Of a stretch of 64,000 nt of DNA, positions 55,901 through 64,000 are shown in pieces. Position numbers and translations under genes: made by a program. Source of the stretch: Eledone cirrhosa (Eukaryota); contig OZ024751.1 in assembly GCA_964016885.1 (NCBI GenBank), forward strand, positions 51,646,001 to 51,710,000, given 5' to 3'. How positions within the stretch are numbered: the first letter of the stretch is position 1; each line of letters begins with the position of its first letter. The notes beneath the pieces are model-generated. The model saw only the letters and a program-made list of their open reading frames with translations, had not been told where the DNA came from and searched no databases.

Positions 55901-58900
55901 GGTCTTAACTGCTGTTATCGTTATTACTAAGACCTACACCTGACTTCCTTGGTCTTAACTGCTTTTATCGTTATTACTAAGACCTACACCTGACTTCCTT
56001 GGTCTTAACTGCTGTTATCGTTATTACTAAGACCTACACCAGACTTCCTTGGTCTTAACTGCTGTTATCGTTATTACTAAGACCTACACCTGACTATCTT
56101 AGTCTTAACTGCTGTTATCGTTATTACTAAGACCTACACCAGACTTCCTTGGTCTTAACTGCTGTTATCGTTATTACTAAGACCTACACCAGACTTCCTT
56201 GGTCTTAACTGCTGTTATCGTTATTACTAAGACCTACACCTGACTTCCTTGGTCTTAACTGCTGTTATCATTATTACTAAGACCTACACCAGACTTCCTT
56301 GGTCTTAACTGCTTTTATCGTTATTACTAAGACCTACACCAGACTTCCTTGGTCTTAACTGCTTTTATCGTTATTACTAAGACCTACACCATACTTCCTT
56401 GGTCTTAACTGCTTTTATCGTTATTACTAAGACCTACACCAGACTTCCTTGGTCTTAACTGCTTTTATCGTTATTACTAAGACCTACACCTGACTATCTT
56501 GGTCTTAACTGCTGTTATCGTTATTACTAAGACCTACACCAGACTTCCTTGGTCTTAACTGCTTTTATCGTTATTACTAAGACCTACACCTGACTATCTT
56601 GGTCTTAACTGATGTTATCGTTATTACTAAGACCTACACCTGACTATCTTGGTCTTAACTGCTGTTATCGTTATTACTAAGAGCTACACCTGACTTCCTT
56701 GGTCTTAACTGCTGTTATCGTTATTACTAAGGCCTACACCTGACTTCCTTGGTCTTAACTGCTTTTATCGTTATTACTAAGACTTACACCAGACTTCCTT
56801 GGTCTTAACTGCGGTTATCGTTATTACTAAGACCTACACCAGACTTCCTTGGTCTTAACTGCTGTTATCGTTATTACTAAGACCTACACCTGACTATCTT
56901 AGTCTTAACTGCTGTTATCGTTATTATTAAGACCTACACCTGACTATCTTGGTCTTAGCTGCTGTTATCGTTATTACTAAGACCTACACCTGACTATCTT
57001 GGTCTTAGCTGCTGTTATCGTTATTACTAAGACCTACACCAGACTTCCTTGGTCTTAACTGCTTTTATCATTATTACTAAGACCTACACCAGACTTCCTT
57101 GGTCTTAACTGCTTTTATCGTTATTACTAAGACCTACACCTGACTATCTTGGTCTTAACTGCTGTTATCGTTATTACTAAGACCTACACCTGACTATCTT
57201 AGTCTTAACTGCTGTTATCGTTATTACTAAGACCTACACCTGACTATCTTGGTCTTAACTGCTGTTATCGTTATTACTAAGACCTACACCTGACTTCCTT
57301 GGTCGTAACTGCTGTTATCGTTATTACTAAGGCCTACACCTGACTTCCTTGGTCTTAACTGCTTTTATCGTTATTACTAAGACCTACACCTGACTATCTT
57401 GGTCTTAACTGCTGTTATCGTTATTACTAAGACCTACACCTGACTTCCTTGGTCTTAACTGCTGTTATCGTTATTACTAAGGCCTACACCAGACTTCCTT
57501 GGTCTTAACTGCTGTTATCGTTATTACTAAGACCTACACCTGACTATCTTAGTCTTAACTGCTGTTATCGTTATTACTAAGACCTACACCTGACTATCTT
57601 GGTCTTAACTGCTGTTATCGTTATTACTAAGACCTACACCTGACTATCTTGGTCTTAACTGCTGTTATCGTTATTACTAAGACCTACACCTGACTTCCTT
57701 GGTCTTAACTGCTTTTATCGTTATTACTAAGACCTACACCTGACTTCCTTGGTCTTAACTGCTGTTATCGTTATTACTAAGACCTACACCAGACTTCCTT
57801 GGTCTTAACTGCTGTTATCGTTATTACTAAGACCTACACCTGACTATCTTAGTCTTAACTGCTGTTATCGTTATTACTAAGACCTACACCAGACTTCCTT
57901 GGTCTTAACTGCTGTTATCGTTATTACTAAGACCTACACCAGACTTCCTTGGTCTTAACTGCTGTTATCGTTATTACTAAGACCTACACCTGACTTCCTT
58001 GGTCTTAACTGCTGTTATCATTATTACTAAGACCTACACCAGACTTCCTTGGTCTTAACTGCTTTTATCGTTATTACTAAGACCTACACCAGACTTCCTT
58101 GGTCTTAACTGCTTTTATCGTTATTACTAAGACCTACACCATACTTCCTTGGTCTTAACTGCTTTTATCGTTATTACTAAGACCTACACCAGACTTCCTT
58201 GGTCTTAACTGCTTTTATCGTTATTACTAAGACCTACACCTGACTATCTTGGTCTTAACTGCTGTTATCGTTATTACTAAGACCTACACCAGACTTCCTT
58301 GCTCTTAACTGCTGTTATCGTTATTACTAAGACCTACACCTGACTATCTTAGTCTTAACTGCTGTTATCGTTATTACTAAGACCTACACCTGACTATCTT
58401 GGTCTTAACTGCTGTTATCGTTATTACTAAGACCTACACCTGACTTCCTTGGTCTTAACTGCTGTTATCGTTATTACTAAGGCCTACACCTGACTTCCTT
58501 GGTCTTAACTGCTTTTATCGTTATTACTAAGACCTACACCAGACTTCCTTGGTCTTAACTGCTGTTATCGTTATTACTAAGAACTACACCAGACTTCCTT
58601 GGTCTTAACTGCTTTTATCGTTATTACTAAGACCTACACCTGACTATCTTGGTCTTAACTGCTGTTATCGTTATTACTAAGACCTACACCTGACTATCTT
58701 GGTCTTAACTGCTGTTATCGTTATTACTAAGACCTACACATGACTATCTTGGTCTTAACTGCTGTTATCGTTATTACTAAGACCTACATCTGACTTCCTT
58801 GGTCTTAACTGCTTTTATCGTTATTACTAAGACCTACACCAGACTTCCTTGGTCTTAACTGCTGTTATCGTTATTACTAAGACCTACACCAGACTTCCTT

Positions 58901-61900
58901 GGTCTTAACTGCTGTTATCGTTATAACTAAGACCTACACCTGACTATCTTAGTCTTAACTGCTGGTATCGTTATTACTAAGACCTACACCTGACTATCTT
59001 GGTCTTAACTGCTGTTATCGTTATTACTAAGACCTACACCTGACTATCTTGGTCTTAACTGCTGTTATCGTTATTACTAGGACCTACACCTGACTTCCTT
59101 GGTCTTAACTGCTTTTATCGTTATTACTAAAATCTACACCAGACTTCCTTGGTCTTAACTGCTGTTATCGTTATTACTAAGACATACACCTGACTATCTT
59201 GGTCTTAACTGCTGTTATCGTTATTACTAAGACCTACACCAGACTTCCTTGGTCTTAACTGCTTTAATCGTTATTACTAAGACCTACACCTGACTATCTT
59301 GGTCTTAACTGCTGTTATCGTTATTACGAAGACCTACACCAGACTTCCTTGGTCTTAACTGCTTTTATCGTTATTACTAAGACCTACACCAGACTTCCTT
59401 GGTCTTAACTGCTTTTATCGTTATTACTAAGACCTACACCTGACTATCTTGGTCTTAACTGATGTTATCGTTATTACTAAGACCTACACCTGACTATCTT
59501 GGTCTTAACTGCTGTTATCGTTATTACTAAGAGCTACACCTGACTTCCTTGGTCTTAACTGCTGTTATCGTTATTACTAAGGCCTACACCTGACTTCCTT
59601 GGTCTTAACTGCTTTTATCGTTATTACTAAGACTTACACCAGACTTCCTTGGTCTTAACTGCGGTTATCGTTATTACTAAGACCTACACCAGACTTCCTT
59701 GGTCTTAACTGCTGTTATCGTTATTACTAAGACCTACACCTGACTATCTTAGTCTTAACTGCTGTTATCGTTATTATTAAGACCTACACCTGACTATCTT
59801 GGTCTTAGCTGCTGTTATCGTTATTACTAAGACCTACACCTGACTATCTTGGTCTTAGCTGCTGTTATCGTTATTACTAAGACCTACACCTGACTTCCTT
59901 GGTCTTAACTGCTTTTATCGTTATTACTAAGACCTACACCAGACTTCCTTGGTCTTAACTGCTGTTATCGTTATTACTAAGACCTACACCAGACTTCCTT
60001 GGTCTTAACTGCTGTTATCGTTATTACTAAGACCTACACCTGACTATCTTGGTCTTAACTGCTGTTATCGTTATTACTAAGACCTACACCTGACTATCTT
60101 GGTCTTAACTGCTGTTATCGTTATTACTAAGACCTACACCTGACTTCCTTGGTCTTAACTGCTTTTATCGTAATTACTAAGACCTACACCTGACTTCCTT
60201 GGTCTTAACTGCTGTTATCGTTATTACTAAGATCTACACCAGACTTCCTTGGTCTTAACTGCTGTTATCATTATTACTAAGACCTACACCAGACTTCCTT
60301 GGTCTTAACTGCTGTTATCGTTATTACTAAGACCTACACCTGACTTCCTTGGTCTTAACTGCTGTTATCGTTATTACTAAGAACTACACCAGACTTCCTT
60401 GGTCGTAACTGCTTTTATCGTTATTACTAAGACCTACACCTGACTATCTTGGTCTTAACTGCTGTTATCGTTAGTACTAAGACCTACACCTGACTATCTT
60501 GGTCTTAACTGCTGTTATCGTTATTACTAAGACCTACACCTGACTATCTTGGTCTTAACTGCTGTTATCGTTATTACTAAGACCTACATCTGACTTCCTT
60601 GGTCTTAACTGCTTTTATCGTTATTACTAAGACCTACACCAGACTTCCTTGGTCTTAACTGCTGTTATCGTTATTACTAAGACCTACACCAGACTTCCTC
60701 GGTCTTAACTGCTGTTATCGTTATAACTAAGACCTACACCTGACTATCTTAGTCTTAACTGCTGGTATCGTTATTACTAAGACCTACACCTGACTATCTT
60801 GGTCTTAACTGCTGTTATCGTTATTACTAAGGCCTACACCTGACTTCCTTGGTCTTAACTGCTTTTATCGTTATTACTAAGACCTACACCAGACTTCCTT
60901 GGTCTTAACTGCTGTTATCGTTATTACTAAGAACTACACCAGACTTCCTTGGTCTTAACTGCTTTTATCGTTATTACTAAGACCTACATCTGACTATCTT
61001 GGTCTTAACTGCTGTTATCGTTATTACTAAGACCTACACCTGACTATCTTGGTCTTAACTGCTGTTATCGTTATTACTAAGACCTACACCTGACTATCTT
61101 GGTCTTAACTGCTGTTATCGTTATTACTAAGACCTACATCTGACTTCCTTGGTCTTAACTGCTTTTATCGTTATTACTAAGACCTACACCTGACTATCTT
61201 AGTCTTAACTGCTGTTATCGTTATTACTAAGACCTACACCTGACTATCTTGGTCTTAACTGCTGTTATCGTTATTACTAAGACCTACACCTGACTTCCTT
61301 GGCCTTAACTGCTTTTATCGTTATTACTAAGACCTACACCTGACTTCCTTGGTCTTAACTGCTTTTATCGTTATTACTAAAACCTACACCAGACTTCCTT
61401 GGTCTTAACTGCTGTTATCGTTATTACTAAGACCTACACCTGACTATCTTGGTCTTAACTGCTGTTATCGTTATTACTAAGACCTACACCTGACTATCTT
61501 GGTCTTAACTGCTGTTATCGTTATTACTAAGACCTACACCAGACTTCCTTGGTCTTAACTGCTTTTATCGTTATTACTAAGACCTACACCAGACTTCCTT
61601 GGTCTTAACTGCTTTTATCGTTATTACTAAGACCTACACCTGACTATCTTGGTCTTAACTGATTTTATCGTTATTACTAAGACCTACACCAGACTTCCTT
61701 AGTCTTAACTGCTGTTATCGTTATTACTAAGACCTACACCTGACTATCTTAGTCTTAACTGCTGTTATCGTTATTACTAAGAGCTACACCTGACTATCTT
61801 GGTCTTAACTGCTGTTATCGTTATTACTAAGACCTACACCTGACTATCTTGGTCTTAACTGCTGTTATCGTTATTACTAAGACCTACACCTGACTTCCTT

Positions 61901-64000
61901 GTTCTTAACTGCTTTTATCGTTATTACTAAGACCTACACCTGACTATCTTGGTCTTAACTGCTTTTATCGTTATTACTAAGACCTACACCAGACTTCCTT
62001 GGTCTTAACTGCTTTTATCGTTATTAGTAAGACCTACACCAGACTTCCTTGGTCTTAACTGCTTTTATCGTTATTACTAAGACCTACACCAGACTTCCTT
62101 GGTCTTAACTGCTGTTATCGTTATTACTAAGACCTACACCAGACTTCCTTGGTCTTAACTGCTGTTATCGTTATTACTAAGACCTACACCAGACTTCCTT
62201 CGTCTTAACTGCTTTTATCGTTATTACTAAGACCTACACCAGACTTCCTTGGTCTTAACTGCTTTTATCGTTATTACTAAGACCTACACCTGACTTTCTT
62301 GGTCTTAACTGCTTTTATCGTTATTACTAAGACCTACACCTGACTATCTTGGTCTTAACTGCTGTTATCGTTATTACTAAGACCTACACCAGACTTCCTT
62401 GCTCTTAACTGCTGTTATCGTTATTACTAAGACCTACACCTGACTATCTTAGTCTTAACTGCTGTTGTCGTTATTACTAAGACCTACACCTGACTATCTT
62501 GGTCTTAACTGCAGTTATCGTTATTACTAAGACCTACACCTGACTTCCTTGGTCTTAACTGCTGTTATCGTTATTACTAAGGCCTACACCTGACTTCCTT
62601 AGTCTTAACTGCTTTTATCGTTATTACTAAGACCTACACCAGACTTCTTTGGTCTTAACTGCTGTTATCGTTATTACTAAGACCTACACCAGACTTCCTT
62701 GGTCTTAACTGCTTTTATCGTTATTACTAAGACCTACACCTGACTATCTTAGTCTTAACTGCTGTTATCGTTATTACTAAGAGCTACACCTGACTATCTT
62801 GGTCTTAACTGCTGTTATCGTTATTACTAAGACCTACACCTGACTATCTTGGTCTTAACTGCTGTTATCGTTATTACTAAGACCTACACCTGACTTCCTT
62901 GGTCTTAACTGCTTTTATCGTTATTACTAAGACCTACACCTGACTATCTTGGTCTTAACTGCTTTTATCGTTATTACTAAGACCTACACCAGACTTCCTT
63001 GGTCTTAACTGCTTTTATCGTTATTACTAAGACCTACACCAGACTTCCTTGGTCTTAACTGCTTTTATCGTTATTACTAAGACCTACACCAGACTTCCTT
63101 GGTCTTAACTTCTGTTATCGTTATTACTAAGACCTACACCAGACTTCCTTGGTCTTAACTGCTTTTATCGCTATTACTAAGACCTACACCAGACTTCCTT
63201 GGTCTTAACTGCTTTTATCGTTATTACTAAGACCTACACCAGACTTCCTTGGTCTTAACTGCTTTTATCGTTATTACTAAGACCTACACCTGACTATCTT
63301 GGTCTTAACTGCTGTTATCGTTATTACTAAGACCTACACCTGACTATCTTGGTCTTAACTGCTGTTATCGTTATTACTAAGACCTACACCTGACTATCTT
63401 GGTCTTAACTGCTGTTATCGTTATTATTAAGACCTACATCTGACTTCCTTGGTCTTAACTGCTTTTATCGTTATTACTAAGACCTACACCAGGCTTCCTT
63501 GGTCTTAACTGCTCTTATCGTTATTACTAAGACCTACACCAGACTTCCTTGGTCTTAACTGCTGTTATCGTTATTACTAAGACCTACACCTGACTTCCTT
63601 GGTCTTAACTGCTTTTATCGTTATTACTAAGACCTACACCAGACTTCCTTGGTCTTAACTGCTTTTATCGTTATTACTAAGACCTACACCAGACTTCCTT
63701 GGTCTTAACTGCTTTTATCGTTATTACTAAGACCTACACCAGACTTCCTTGGTCTTAACTGCTTTTATCGTTATTACTAAGACCTACACCAGACTTCCTT
63801 GGTCTTAACTGCTGTTATCGTTATTACTAAGACCTACACCAGACTTCCTTGGTCTTAACTGCTGTTATCGTTATTACTAAGACCTACACCTGACTATCTT
63901 AGTCTTAACTGCTGTTATCGTTATTACTAAGAGCTACACCTGACTATCTTGGTCTTAACTGCTGTTATCGTTATTACTAAGACCTACACCTGACTATCTT
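46969..64000. repeat. 50-bp satellite array, ~340 monomers, running off the window
   Basis: Consensus GTTATTACTAAGACCTACACC(A/T)GACT(TC/AT)CTTGGTCTTAACTGCT(G/T)TTATC. The register is held except for one 1-bp insertion near 47816. Confidence 0.99.

Noticed and set aside
46969-64000. CRISPR array or tandem ribozyme reading of the 50-bp repeat
   Set aside because: No unique spacers, no cas genes and a eukaryotic context. No hammerhead or twister core could be fitted, and TAA stops block all frames.

Overview
Repeat-saturated, AT-rich animal DNA. The SINEs and microsatellite load resemble an octopus/cephalopod genome (inference). No host protein-coding gene could be supported, and almost all ORF-track entries are microsatellite artefacts. 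1-47 kb contains two tandem R4/Dong-like retrotransposon 3' ends in (TAA)n, a Tx1/L1-clade LINE in (GATA)n, a Penelope-like (PLE) GIY-YIG remnant, an internally deleted maT-type Tc1/mariner, tRNA-derived SINEs and minisatellites. 47-64 kb is a 50-bp satellite (~340 monomers) with multi-monomer duplication structure. The main hidden signal is about ten unrelated families of short elements, mostly in (TA)n tracts, each carrying a type I hammerhead ribozyme (HHR) motif folded by eye. These include compensatory-core, long-stem-II and palindromic-stem-III variants. Many copies are fold-back palindromes that pivot in or just upstream of the ribozyme. One family is joined to the PLE endonuclease remnant, which also has a candidate SECIS-like hairpin. 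All RNA structures are manual predictions and are untested.
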